Part shown: piece by piece, positions 9,539-19,222 of the stretch
Position numbering within the stretch: the first letter of the stretch is position 1
Layout: each line of letters opens with the position of its first letter
Assembly: GCA_027343665.1 (NCBI GenBank)
Contig: DAHWKL010000001.1
Coordinates: 386,278-450,277 of the forward strand
Direction: 5' to 3'
Origin: an archaeon
GTDB lineage: Archaea > Nanobdellota > Nanobdellia > Pacearchaeales > GW2011-AR1
DNA: 64,000 nt
Notes under the pieces: model-generated
Databases searched by the model: none
The model's input: only the letters and a program-made list of their open reading frames with translations
What the model was told of the DNA's origin: nothing
Position numbers and translations under genes: made by a program

Positions 9539-10299
9539 AACAAACTTCGGGAAAATTTACAAAGATTATAAAATTAATAATGGAGGGTCAGAAACTAAAT
9601 GATAAGATTAAGTTAATTTATATTCTTCTCAGAAGATATTTTGGATTAAAAGGGCAAAAAGAATTAATGCTCCAAAATTCCGATGGAACATTTAAGGTGA
9701 GAGCAAATGATAGTGATTTGTGGATATTAACCTCTCTTGGTGATAAAGAGATGAGACCTTATTTTAATGTTGATGAGGGTACCTTTATTGATATAGGAGC
9801 AAATGTAGGAAAATACTCAATAATCTTGGCAAAAAATCCAAATATCAAAGTGATTGCTTTTGAGCCAGACCCTTATAATCTTGAAGCTCTCAAGTTCAAT
9901 ATTGTTCTTAATAATTCTCCTGTCGTTATAAAAGATATTGCACTCTCTAATAAAAAAGGAACAGCAAGTTTTTTTCTCAATCCCGACAATCAGGGAAACT
10001 CTTCATTACTTAATTCGGGGCAGAAAGGAGAGGAGATATTTGTTAAAACAGACACTTTAGACAATGTTCTTAAAGACAACAAAGAGAGGATTTCATTAAT
10101 AAAGATTGATGTCGAGGGTTTTGAAGCTGAAGTTTTACAAGGAGCCAGAGAGACAATAAGAAAGTTCCACCCTAAAATAATCTTTGAAGCTTGGAATGGA
10201 GAATATTTAGACAGATGCATGGAGGTTTTGAATCCATTGGGATACTCAACTAAGAAGATAAATGGAGGAAATTACCTGGCAAAGTATATTAAAAATTAA
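9535..10299 (+). CDS. FkbM-family SAM-dependent methyltransferase (paralog of 7536-8363)
   Basis: 254 aa with IDIGANVGKYS and LIKIDVEGFEAEVLQGA. Its C-terminal RKFHPKIIFEAWNGEYLD is identical to the paralog. Confidence 0.7.
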   Translation: MKQTSGKFTKIIKLIMEGQKLNDKIKLIYILLRRYFGLKGQKELMLQNSDGTFKVRANDSDLWILTSLGDKEMRPYFNVDEGTFIDIGANVGKYSIILAKNPNIKVIAFEPDPYNLEALKFNIVLNNSPVVIKDIALSNKKGTASFFLNPDNQGNSSLLNSGQKGEEIFVKTDTLDNVLKDNKERISLIKIDVEGFEAEVLQGARETIRKFHPKIIFEAWNGEYLDRCMEVLNPLGYSTKKINGGNYLAKYIKN

Positions 10300-10403
10300 A
10301 CATTACGCGCAAATTATTTTATTAAAGGGGAATTTACTTAACTTAAAAAACAAAGAAATTAAAAAAGGCATAATTCTTTAAAGAATATAATTTTCTTCCC
10401 TAG

Positions 10404-11597
10404 ATGAGAATCTTGGTAAACCACAGGGAAGTGGGATATTTCTATGGTGGGACAGAAAATCACATCCGGGAGTTGTCAAAGTTGCTTATGAAAAAAGGAA
10501 ATGAGATAATTTTTTTGACTGAAAAAGGTGAGAAGGATCCATTAAGATTTATAAGATCAAATAGATTATGCAAAATCAAATATTTATTTTCTCTCAAGGC
10601 AAATAGATCGGATAAGTTCAAACAAATTTCTGGCGGAGTTTCAAAAAAGATGACTAATCACTTAGTTTTAACAAGGATCTTGAGAATTTTTAGTAATCTT
10701 GAATGGATGATTAAGTCAAGTTTATGGATTATCTTTAATCATAATAAATTTGATGTTGTCTGGACAAGCAAATATACGGACACCTTGTCTATGAGATTTT
10801 TGAATAAATTCATAAGAATTCCATATGTGGAATCTTTAGAGGGATACGACTACATAGAAGCAGAAGGTGCAAAGAAAGTAAGATTTGTTTTTGCAATATC
10901 TGAATTCATAAAAGGAAAATGCAAAAAAGTCCATAAGTTTGATCCAGAACTTATTACAATCGGTGTGGACCAACATAAATTTCAAAGCCCGGACAAAAAG
11001 AAGGTAATAGAGATAAAGAAAAGATATGGTATCAAAAATAGGATTATTTTGAATGTCGCAAGATTAGTCAAATCAAAGGATCTTTTTAGTTTCATAAAAG
11101 CATCAAAAAAAGTTTCTGAAAAATTCAAAGATGCGATATTTCTCATATGTGGTGATGGTGAAGAAAAAGAAAGGCTAGAGAAATTAATAAAGCAACTCAA
11201 ATTAGAGAGAAAGGTCTTTATCTTAAGTGTTTTTGGAGATGATTTGGTGGAATATTACAAAGCCGCAGATATCTTTGTTCATACACCCATTTTCGGAAAT
11301 CATTTTGGGATTGTTTACCTTGAAGCAATGGCTGCAGGATTACCTCTTGTAGCCTCAAATAAGGATGCATCTCCTGATACTGTAGGGAATTGTGCACTAC
11401 TAGCAACCCCCGGAAATGTAAAGGAAATTTCAGAAAAAATATGCCAGCTATTAAAAGATAAAAAATTAAGAAAAAGGTTATCAGATAACTCCCTGCAAAG
11501 ATCAAGAGAGTTATTTAATTGGAATAAGATATCTAAAGAAGCAGAACTATTTTTTAGAAGAGCGATATACAAGGGGGGAGATTATTCAATCAATTAA
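10404..11597 (+). CDS. Glycosyltransferase family 1
   Basis: 397 aa with the C-terminal GT1 motif FGIVYLEAMAAGLPLVASN. Confidence 0.7.
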   Translation: MRILVNHREVGYFYGGTENHIRELSKLLMKKGNEIIFLTEKGEKDPLRFIRSNRLCKIKYLFSLKANRSDKFKQISGGVSKKMTNHLVLTRILRIFSNLEWMIKSSLWIIFNHNKFDVVWTSKYTDTLSMRFLNKFIRIPYVESLEGYDYIEAEGAKKVRFVFAISEFIKGKCKKVHKFDPELITIGVDQHKFQSPDKKKVIEIKKRYGIKNRIILNVARLVKSKDLFSFIKASKKVSEKFKDAIFLICGDGEEKERLEKLIKQLKLERKVFILSVFGDDLVEYYKAADIFVHTPIFGNHFGIVYLEAMAAGLPLVASNKDASPDTVGNCALLATPGNVKEISEKICQLLKDKKLRKRLSDNSLQRSRELFNWNKISKEAELFFRRAIYKGGDYSIN

Positions 11598-12296
11598 AAA
11601 CTCATTCTCCCGCATAATTTTTTCCGCTTGACTCAACTGCTTTTTATCATTAACTGTAAACCACATACCATCATAGTAAAAACTTGAAATTTTTTTCCCG
11701 TTTACAAGTTTCCTGAAAGCATTTTCTTCAATGTTCCCCGAAGAAAGATAATCCTTTATTCCACGATTAAAAACATAAATTCCAGAGTTCATGAGAACGC
11801 CTGGAACTTCATGTTTTTCCTGAAATTCGACTATTTTGCCATTATTATCAACTCGCACTATTCCATAATTTGTCTTTAATTTTATTGAAACTATCGTTGC
11901 TAAGGAATCCCTTTGCAAATGATAATTAGTCAGGCCTTCAAGATGCAAGTCCGTTATTTGATCACCATTCATAGCATAAAAATTTTCATCATTTATCCCA
12001 GATTTATCGATTGCAGTTTTGAAAGCATCTTCAGTTCCGCCATTTTCATCATGTTCAGTATAAATAATCTTTAGTCCAAGCTTAGATCCGTCACCGAAAT
12101 AATTCTTTACCATCTCCTTTTTATAAGCAACCCCTATTACAACCTTTTCAACGCCATTTTTCTTGAGCCACCTGAGAATCCTTTCCAATAAAGGAACACC
12201 ATAAACGGGAATGAGTGGCTTTGGAATCTCCAAAGATTTCTCTTCTAATCTTGTGCCTTTCCCCCCCGCAATAATTACTGCAGTTTTTAGGATCAT
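11586..12296 (-). CDS. Sugar-1-phosphate nucleotidylyltransferase
   Basis: 236 aa. The N-terminal AVIIAGGKGTRL signature and PKPLIPV are present. Confidence 0.75.
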   Translation of the reverse strand: MILKTAVIIAGGKGTRLEEKSLEIPKPLIPVYGVPLLERILRWLKKNGVEKVVIGVAYKKEMVKNYFGDGSKLGLKIIYTEHDENGGTEDAFKTAIDKSGINDENFYAMNGDQITDLHLEGLTNYHLQRDSLATIVSIKLKTNYGIVRVDNNGKIVEFQEKHEVPGVLMNSGIYVFNRGIKDYLSSGNIEENAFRKLVNGKKISSFYYDGMWFTVNDKKQLSQAEKIMRENEFLID

Positions 12297-12346
12297 ACTT
12301 TTTTCAAAGGCGACATATTTATAAATATTATCCCTTTTTGGAAGAT

Positions 12347-13315
12347 ATGAAAGTATTGGTAACCGGGATAACAGGATTCATAGGTTCAGAATTGGCTCAT
12401 AAACTGCTCAATGAGGGCCATGAAGTTTATGGCCTTGTAAGACATGTAATCGGGAGAGATTTTGAATCAATAAAAGATATAAAAGATAAAATAAAAATTG
12501 TTACATGCGATTTTAAGGACTACATTTCTGTGAGGAATTCCCTAAAAAAGATAAATCCTCATGTTGTGATGCATCTTGGAGCACTTTCACCTGTAAGGCT
12601 AAGCTTTGAACACCCAATGGAATTCCAATTTTCAAATTATTTGGCAACGGTGAATATTGCAGAATCTATCCTGGAGTTATACGGACCCGATAAGGTGAGA
12701 CTTATTGTTGCTTCAACAGCAGAGGTTTATGGAATACAAGATGAAAATCCTTTCAAAGAAGACTTAAAATTAGAACCTTCGAGCCCATATGCAGTTGCTA
12801 AAGCGGCTATGGATCTTTATATGAGGATGCTTTTCAGAGTTTATAATTTTAATGGGGTTGTATTAAGAAATTCAAACACTTTCGGAAGAAAATATGACTC
12901 AGGTTTTTTTACAGAATACTTAATCACTCAAATGCTCAAAGGAAATGAAATTTATGTGGGCGCACCTGATTCTATAAGGGATTACATGTATGTAGATGAT
13001 CATGTTAATTCTTATCTTCTTGCAATGAAAACAAAAAATGCCCAAGGAAAAGTCTTTAACATTGCTGGTGGAAAAGGCTATTCAAATAAAGATTGGGCAC
13101 TCAAAATTGCAAAAATGCTTGACTTTCCTGACAAGAAAATTCATTTTGGTAAATACCCTCCAGAATATCCTTACAGACCAATCTCTTCCGATCAACCTTA
13201 TCTTGTTCTTGATCCGTCAAAAGCAGAAAAAGTTTTGGGGTGGAAACAGACCATTCAGGTGGATGAAGGATTAAAAAGAACCATTCAATATTGGAAAGAA
13301 CACCAAAAAAAATGA
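12347..13315 (+). CDS. NAD-dependent NDP-sugar epimerase/dehydratase (extended SDR)
   Basis: VLVTGITGFIGSEL Rossmann motif and SSPYAVAKAA (YxxxK). The track start at 12338 is TTG, so the start was moved to the ATG at 12347. Confidence 0.7.
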   Translation: MKVLVTGITGFIGSELAHKLLNEGHEVYGLVRHVIGRDFESIKDIKDKIKIVTCDFKDYISVRNSLKKINPHVVMHLGALSPVRLSFEHPMEFQFSNYLATVNIAESILELYGPDKVRLIVASTAEVYGIQDENPFKEDLKLEPSSPYAVAKAAMDLYMRMLFRVYNFNGVVLRNSNTFGRKYDSGFFTEYLITQMLKGNEIYVGAPDSIRDYMYVDDHVNSYLLAMKTKNAQGKVFNIAGGKGYSNKDWALKIAKMLDFPDKKIHFGKYPPEYPYRPISSDQPYLVLDPSKAEKVLGWKQTIQVDEGLKRTIQYWKEHQKK

Positions 13316-14157
13316 AAATAGCAATTTTTGGAGTTTCTGGATTTCTTGGTACAAAATTAAAAGAGGAGTTTGAAAAAGAAGATCACAGGATTTGCGGAGG
13401 TGATCTAAACAAAGATTTAAAATTTAAAGTAGATGCTACCAATTCTAAAAAAGTTTCCCGGTTTTTAAATAAAGAGAAACCAGACTTCATAATAGACACC
13501 ATCGGCCTTACTAGCTCACTTGAATGCGAAAAAGATCCCAAGAGGGCTTTATTGCTTAATTATAAGACTGCAAAAAATATTGCATTATGGGCAAACAAAA
13601 TGAATATCCCCTTAGTGTTCATGTCTTCATCCTATGTTTTTGACGGATTGGGGGGAGATTACTCAGAAGAAGATTCACCAAAACCATTAAATGAATATGG
13701 AAAGACAAAAGTTATGGCAGAGAAAGAAGTTCTCAAATTAAAGAAGGGGATTGTCATAAGGGTGGACATTATGTATGGATTTAATGGGTTTGACAAACCA
13801 AACGGGGTATTTCAAAAAATTTTAAAAAATGAGGAGATTGAGATTAATCACCCTGAACAGATCAGACAACCTGTTTTTGTTGATGATCTTCCAAAGATCA
13901 TTCTAAATTTGGTGAAAAATGAAAGAGGAATATTTAATATAGCCGGACCAGATAAAGTTTCAATGATAAATTTCATGAGACTTTTGGAAGGGGCTGTCCG
14001 GGATAAAACTTTAATTAGAGAGACAAGCAAAAAGGATTTAGTTGAGATTCCAAAAAATTCAACTTTAAGTATATCTAAGATTAATTTACTTGGTCTAAAG
14101 ACTACCTCCCTTAGACAAGCTATAAATTCGATAAAAAATCAGATTAATTCTGAATAA
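13312..14157 (+). CDS. RmlD-like NDP-4-keto-sugar reductase (SDR)
   Basis: MKIAIFGVSGFLGTKL Rossmann motif and a YGKTK catalytic YxxxK. The ATG at 13312 overlaps the upstream TGA (ATGA). Confidence 0.6.
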   Translation: MKIAIFGVSGFLGTKLKEEFEKEDHRICGGDLNKDLKFKVDATNSKKVSRFLNKEKPDFIIDTIGLTSSLECEKDPKRALLLNYKTAKNIALWANKMNIPLVFMSSSYVFDGLGGDYSEEDSPKPLNEYGKTKVMAEKEVLKLKKGIVIRVDIMYGFNGFDKPNGVFQKILKNEEIEINHPEQIRQPVFVDDLPKIILNLVKNERGIFNIAGPDKVSMINFMRLLEGAVRDKTLIRETSKKDLVEIPKNSTLSISKINLLGLKTTSLRQAINSIKNQINSE

Positions 14158-15409
14158 CTTTAAACTCCGGGAGAGGCACTATAAATTTTCCGCCTTTTTC
14201 AAAATAGGTTTTCTCCTGATCTTTAATTTCATCAAAGAAGTGCCAAACCATCACAAGGATATAATCCGGATTCACTTTTCTCATCTTTTCAGGAGAGATT
14301 ATTGGGATTAAACTTCCAACAGTCCTTTTACCCCATTTATCGGGGTTTTTATCTGCAATGTAAGAGATCAATTTATCATTCAAATTAAAATACTGTAAAA
14401 TAACATTACCTCTTGTTGAGGCGCCATATGCACAAATCTCTTTTCCACTCTTTTTTTCTCGGGTTATAAACTCTAAAAGGTCTTCTTTTATTTTTCCAAT
14501 CCTCGATGCAAAATCAAAATATGGTTTAAGAGTATCAAGGCCCATCTCTTTTTCTTTCCTTTCAATTTCAATTATCCTTTCTGCACTTCCAGGAAATCCT
14601 TTCATTTCATTATTGTCCTTGAATTTTATATAAGTTCTTATACTTCCACCATTAATCCCATTCTGTTTCACATCAAAAACTTCAAGTCCAAATTTATCCA
14701 GAAGTTTCTTAAATGAGAGAAGGGAATAATATTCTCTATGTTCATGGCAAACATTGTCAAATGCATTATTAGTCAACATGGTCAAGAGATAATTTTGTTG
14801 TATTACCAAAAGTCCTTTCTTGTCTAAGCAGGAGACAATATCTCTCATGAAACTATTCGGATCTTCAAGATCATAAAACATGGAAATTGCGGTGATAATC
14901 TTTGCTTTTTTATCTGAGAATTCTTTCTTGTAATCATTATAATTGAAAAAATTATTTATAACCTTCAGCCCTTTGGCTGTCGCATCTCTTGCCACGTTTT
15001 TTGACGGCTCAAAACCAACAGTCTCAAAATCTCCCTTACCATAAAAACTAAGAAGAGTCCCGTCATTACACCCAATGTCAACTACCACATCTCCTTTTTG
15101 TGGAGGCAGAATTTTCCTGGAGGCCTCAACAATATCTTTGAGATCTTCACGTATTGTCGAGCTTATGCCCGATTTATACCAATATTGCTCATCCCACATC
15201 GATTCTGGTGGTGCATTGTGTTTAAGCTGTACAAGTTTGCAATTCTTACATATCACCAAATCTAACGGACATTTTATCTGCTCTGAATTATCTTTATCAA
15301 CAAAATTTGTAACATATTGGTTCCCAAAGCTGATTATTTGAATTAACTGCCCAGAGCCGCAGCCCCTACATTCTCTAATCTCTTTTATCTCATCCATTAA
15401 CTTATTCAT
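14144..15409 (-). CDS. NDP-hexose C-methyltransferase-like (Zn-ribbon + class I SAM MTase + C-terminal domain)
   Basis: 421 aa. It has N-terminal CRGCGS...CKNC cysteines followed by VVDIGCNDG (SAM motif I). The architecture resembles TylCIII/NovU-type sugar C-methyltransferases. Confidence 0.6.
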   Translation of the reverse strand: MNKLMDEIKEIRECRGCGSGQLIQIISFGNQYVTNFVDKDNSEQIKCPLDLVICKNCKLVQLKHNAPPESMWDEQYWYKSGISSTIREDLKDIVEASRKILPPQKGDVVVDIGCNDGTLLSFYGKGDFETVGFEPSKNVARDATAKGLKVINNFFNYNDYKKEFSDKKAKIITAISMFYDLEDPNSFMRDIVSCLDKKGLLVIQQNYLLTMLTNNAFDNVCHEHREYYSLLSFKKLLDKFGLEVFDVKQNGINGGSIRTYIKFKDNNEMKGFPGSAERIIEIERKEKEMGLDTLKPYFDFASRIGKIKEDLLEFITREKKSGKEICAYGASTRGNVILQYFNLNDKLISYIADKNPDKWGKRTVGSLIPIISPEKMRKVNPDYILVMVWHFFDEIKDQEKTYFEKGGKFIVPLPEFKVIQN

Positions 15410-15429
15410 AAAAACCGGTTTATAAATTT

Positions 15430-16293
15430 TTATCTATTAATTTTTGCAGACAATATCCCCGTAGAGTAAGAAAATATTTTTGTTAAATCCATTAAAAAAA
15501 TTGTTCCAAATGAAAAAACAGATTTAAGCTTATAGGAATTCTTGAAGGAGATCATTAAAGCGTGAAATAAAGACAATGGAAAAATGATTGTAATGACAAG
15601 GTTCAACTTAGATTTGAGGGGGAGACCTTTTATTCCAAAGGCATTTCTATCTCCCATGCCATATCTATAAAATTGGGAAGAAATTTCCTTTAAGTTTCTT
15701 CTCGGTTTCCAAAACACTACTGCTTTACTACACATCACTAATTGATACCCTCTATTTTTTGCTCTTATTACAAAATCCGTATCTTCTGCAGTTTTTAATT
15801 TTTCATTAAACCCTTTTACGCTTTTCCAAATATCTTTTTTAAAGAAGAGTGCATGTCCTTTGGGTAAATAGTTTTTTGTTAACTTCCGCTCAATTAATAA
15901 GGAATAGCAATGCTCAAAAGTGTTTTTATATGGAATTCTTGTAATAGCACCAAATAGGTTTTTATCTGGATTTTTTTTGAAACAAGAGATTAAATTTTTT
16001 ATATAATCTTTTCCAACATAACACCCCCCATCTATAGAGATAATCCAATCTCCTTTAGAGTTTTTTATCCCGATATTCCTATTGCGGGAGATACTTGATG
16101 TCTCAACATCAAGTATCTTTAAATTTTTTAATTTTTTTTTGTATTTCAGGATTTTAATCCTAGTATCATCTTTTGAAGAGTCATTTATAAAAAGAAACTC
16201 GTATGGATGAACAGACTGATTTGAAAGGGATTTCAAAAGTTTGGTGATAGTTTTTCCCTCATTTTTTACAGTTGAGATGACTGAAATTTTCAT
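15430..16293 (-). CDS. Glycosyltransferase family 2
   Basis: MKISVISTVKNEG..., a D-x-D-like region and GT-A layout. The start was trimmed to the ATG at 16293, which overlaps the upstream stop (ATGA). Confidence 0.65.
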   Translation of the reverse strand: MKISVISTVKNEGKTITKLLKSLSNQSVHPYEFLFINDSSKDDTRIKILKYKKKLKNLKILDVETSSISRNRNIGIKNSKGDWIISIDGGCYVGKDYIKNLISCFKKNPDKNLFGAITRIPYKNTFEHCYSLLIERKLTKNYLPKGHALFFKKDIWKSVKGFNEKLKTAEDTDFVIRAKNRGYQLVMCSKAVVFWKPRRNLKEISSQFYRYGMGDRNAFGIKGLPLKSKLNLVITIIFPLSLFHALMISFKNSYKLKSVFSFGTIFLMDLTKIFSYSTGILSAKINR

Positions 16294-17375
16294 TTTATCG
16301 CCTCGTAATATATTTTCTTCAGCTTTTTGTTTCTCACTTTTATTGAGAACTTTCCATTTTCTATTTCCTTCAGACAATTTTTGGACATCTTTTTTCTAAG
16401 CTTTTCGTCCGCAATTATTATTTCTACTTTGTTTACGATCAAATTAGTTATCCCTCTTGAGTCCACTTTTATAAATTTTTCAAAATCCTTAATCTCAGGT
16501 CCTTTTATTATAAACCCTGTCTTCCCATCTTCGATAAGCTCTCGGCGCGCATATCCGTCGACAGTCACGACAGGTATTCCAAAACTCATCGCTTCAAGAT
16601 AAGCAAAACCAAAACTATCAGAATACCCAGGATAAACCAGTATATCAGATTGCGAGTAAAGATTGAATAATTTTTCTTGGGGCATAAGGGAGTAAAATCG
16701 GATTTTTTTATTATCTGAATATTTTTCCATTATTTCGGAAGGTACTTCAGAGTTTATTATCCCATAAACATTATTGTATTTTTTTGTGAGCTCATTAATA
16801 GCTTCAAGGGCATGAAGCCCTCCTTTGCGAAAGAAATATCTCCCAGAAAAGATAAGATTAATTTCTTTTTTCTTTTTTTTATTAAATTTTTTCTCTGGTA
16901 TCGCAGGATACAAAACTTCCATCTTGTCTTTTAAATTTGGGAAATCTTCCAAAAGTTCATCCATAGTCGCTTTTGTCCAGGGTAATATCATTTTGCAATT
17001 TTTGCGATAAAGTATTTCTTCAACTTTCATTTTAGCGGAATCTGTCTTATCTCCCACATAAAGCTGCCACGGACTTTCTATATCAGCAATCCAAGATTCA
17101 TTCACATTTTTTGAAAGGCAATGAGCACAATGGATTAGGTCATAATCCTCTAAGGGAGTGAGATGAGCATTGGGAATGGTAAATCTGAACGTGTTTGTAA
17201 ATCTTCTTATGTTTCTTTTCAAAAAATTGGAAATCCAGAAAAATTTTTTATTGGTTATTACTCCTTTTTGATTGGAGGTATTTTCAAATTCAACATTACT
17301 CGGAGGATTTTCTATCAATGATTTATAATAAGGTGAATCAGGAAACTTCCAGGGGTATTGAAGATAAACTTTCAT
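16290..17375 (-). CDS. Glycosyltransferase family 1
   Basis: FGFAYLEAMSFGIPVVTVD GT1 motif. The ATG at 17375 overlaps the upstream TGA; an alternative ATG lies at 17387. Confidence 0.65.
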   Translation of the reverse strand: MKVYLQYPWKFPDSPYYKSLIENPPSNVEFENTSNQKGVITNKKFFWISNFLKRNIRRFTNTFRFTIPNAHLTPLEDYDLIHCAHCLSKNVNESWIADIESPWQLYVGDKTDSAKMKVEEILYRKNCKMILPWTKATMDELLEDFPNLKDKMEVLYPAIPEKKFNKKKKKEINLIFSGRYFFRKGGLHALEAINELTKKYNNVYGIINSEVPSEIMEKYSDNKKIRFYSLMPQEKLFNLYSQSDILVYPGYSDSFGFAYLEAMSFGIPVVTVDGYARRELIEDGKTGFIIKGPEIKDFEKFIKVDSRGITNLIVNKVEIIIADEKLRKKMSKNCLKEIENGKFSIKVRNKKLKKIYYEAIK

Positions 17376-18007
17376 CTTTTTTTCCATATTCCGTAGATTA
17401 GATAATAGGATGGGATCTTTATCTGGAAATTCAAAAAATTTCTCTTTACAGGTTCAACCCAAGATTTGATAAGGCGAAAATCCTTTTTGAAAAGATCCAA
17501 AAATTCCTGTGGATTTTTATACTCTCTCTCATGCGTTGGATCCAAAACAAATTTTCCATTGTTTCGGAATTTGTAAATCATGGGAAAAGATTTCATAACT
17601 GAACTTACAAAAAGAACTCCTTGATCTGAAAGTAACCTTCGCATTTCTTTTATCATAAGATGGTCATCTTCTACATGTTCAATTACCTGAGAGGAATGCA
17701 CAAAATCAAATTTCTGATTTAGAGGAATATTGCAGACATCCGCACAATAAAATTTTTCTTTTGGGAATTTAATCCTTAATCCATTAATCCTTCTTGGAGA
17801 GATATCAACACCAGTAACTTTTAGCTGCGGAAATTCTCTTTTAATAGATCCTATAATTAATCCATCCCCACAACCCAGATCAATAAAATTTTTCATATGA
17901 TTTTCCGCAATTATTTTTTTTATTTCAATTGGGACTGATAATTGTCCAACGCGTTGAACAAAGTTATCTGAATATTTCCTATTTTTCTCCAAGACTTGGC
18001 CTTTCAT
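17372..18007 (-). CDS. Class I SAM-dependent methyltransferase
   Basis: 211 aa with FIDLGCGDGL (motif I) and FDFVHSSQVIEHV. Confidence 0.65.
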   Translation of the reverse strand: MKGQVLEKNRKYSDNFVQRVGQLSVPIEIKKIIAENHMKNFIDLGCGDGLIIGSIKREFPQLKVTGVDISPRRINGLRIKFPKEKFYCADVCNIPLNQKFDFVHSSQVIEHVEDDHLMIKEMRRLLSDQGVLFVSSVMKSFPMIYKFRNNGKFVLDPTHEREYKNPQEFLDLFKKDFRLIKSWVEPVKRNFLNFQIKIPSYYLIYGIWKKR

Positions 18008-18031
18008 TTCAACAATTTCTCCAACATTTTC

Positions 18032-19177
18032 TTATCTTCCCCTTTCAAGAGTTAGAAGCTCATCAACTATCTTTTCAGAAACCCCCTTTTCCCCATAAGG
18101 GTTCCTAAAGCTCTTTATCTTGAATCTAGGCGAGAGATATTCTTTTATCTTCTCTTTTGTGACATTTACCTCAAGCTTGCTCAGAAATTGGAAATTTGTT
18201 CTAAGCCCTTCCTGCCTTTCGGTTTTCATTCTCAGAACAACACATGGTTTTTTGAAAATCAGGCTCTCCTCCTGCATCGAGCCTCCGTCACATACAACCA
18301 AAGAACATTTTTCCATCTGAGCGATGAAAGAAGGATAATCCATCGATGGCATAATCTTTAGATTTTTATTTTCTATAAGCTTTTTGTACAATCCAAACTC
18401 CTTTAATTTGCTTTCAGTATTGTCATGCATGGCAAAATAGGAGGTTATTGGGATTGAAGAAATGATTTCAATGATCTTTTCCATCCTCTCTTTTGATTTA
18501 AGATTTTCGTGCCTGTGAATGGTTATGAGCGCAAAAGGCTTTTTTGATAAGATTTTCACTTTATCTTTTTTTGCAATCTTCAAAGCAATGGACGCGGAAT
18601 CCAAAATTGTATTCCCAACATGGATTACTTTCGCTCTTTTTTTTCTAAGATTCGATTTTGCAAGATCTGAGACTGCAAATAGTACGTCAGAAACTTTTCC
18701 TGCAATTCTCCTTGAAATCTCTTCTGGAAAAGGCTCAGAATTGTCAAAACTCCTAAGTCCTGCTTCCAAATGAACATTTTTATATTTTTTGAATGGATTA
18801 AGTATTCTCGAAGTTGCAATTGAAGCGGTGGCAGTAGTCATAGTATCTCCATGATACAAAACAAAATCGAGATTCCCCATGCGTTTAAGCTCTTTTCTTA
18901 TTCTAAAAAGCAGATCAATATTCCACTTTATTGCTTTGAGCTGGTTTGAATTGAACTTAGAAGATTTATTGGACTCTTTGGTCAAGATCGCATCGGGTCT
19001 TTTCACTTTGAACATTTCACATAAATTTTGAAGATTATGCTGCCCTGTATGTATAAAATAATAAGGAATATTCCTTTTCTGAAGTTCAAGCATGACAGGA
19101 AAGGTCTTTATCAACTCTGCTCTTGTTCCCAAGATGATAGCGATTCTTGGGGCACTGTCAAATTCGCTTTTTCTCAT
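18032..19177 (-). CDS. wecB: UDP-N-acetylglucosamine 2-epimerase (non-hydrolysing)
   Basis: 381 aa with IAIILGTRAELIKTFPV, HTGQH and HRHEN motifs. Confidence 0.8.
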   Translation of the reverse strand: MRKSEFDSAPRIAIILGTRAELIKTFPVMLELQKRNIPYYFIHTGQHNLQNLCEMFKVKRPDAILTKESNKSSKFNSNQLKAIKWNIDLLFRIRKELKRMGNLDFVLYHGDTMTTATASIATSRILNPFKKYKNVHLEAGLRSFDNSEPFPEEISRRIAGKVSDVLFAVSDLAKSNLRKKRAKVIHVGNTILDSASIALKIAKKDKVKILSKKPFALITIHRHENLKSKERMEKIIEIISSIPITSYFAMHDNTESKLKEFGLYKKLIENKNLKIMPSMDYPSFIAQMEKCSLVVCDGGSMQEESLIFKKPCVVLRMKTERQEGLRTNFQFLSKLEVNVTKEKIKEYLSPRFKIKSFRNPYGEKGVSEKIVDELLTLERGR

Positions 19178-19222
19178 ATATTCAGGGGGGATTTTAGGTT
19201 TAAAAGAATTGTTAATGGGTAA

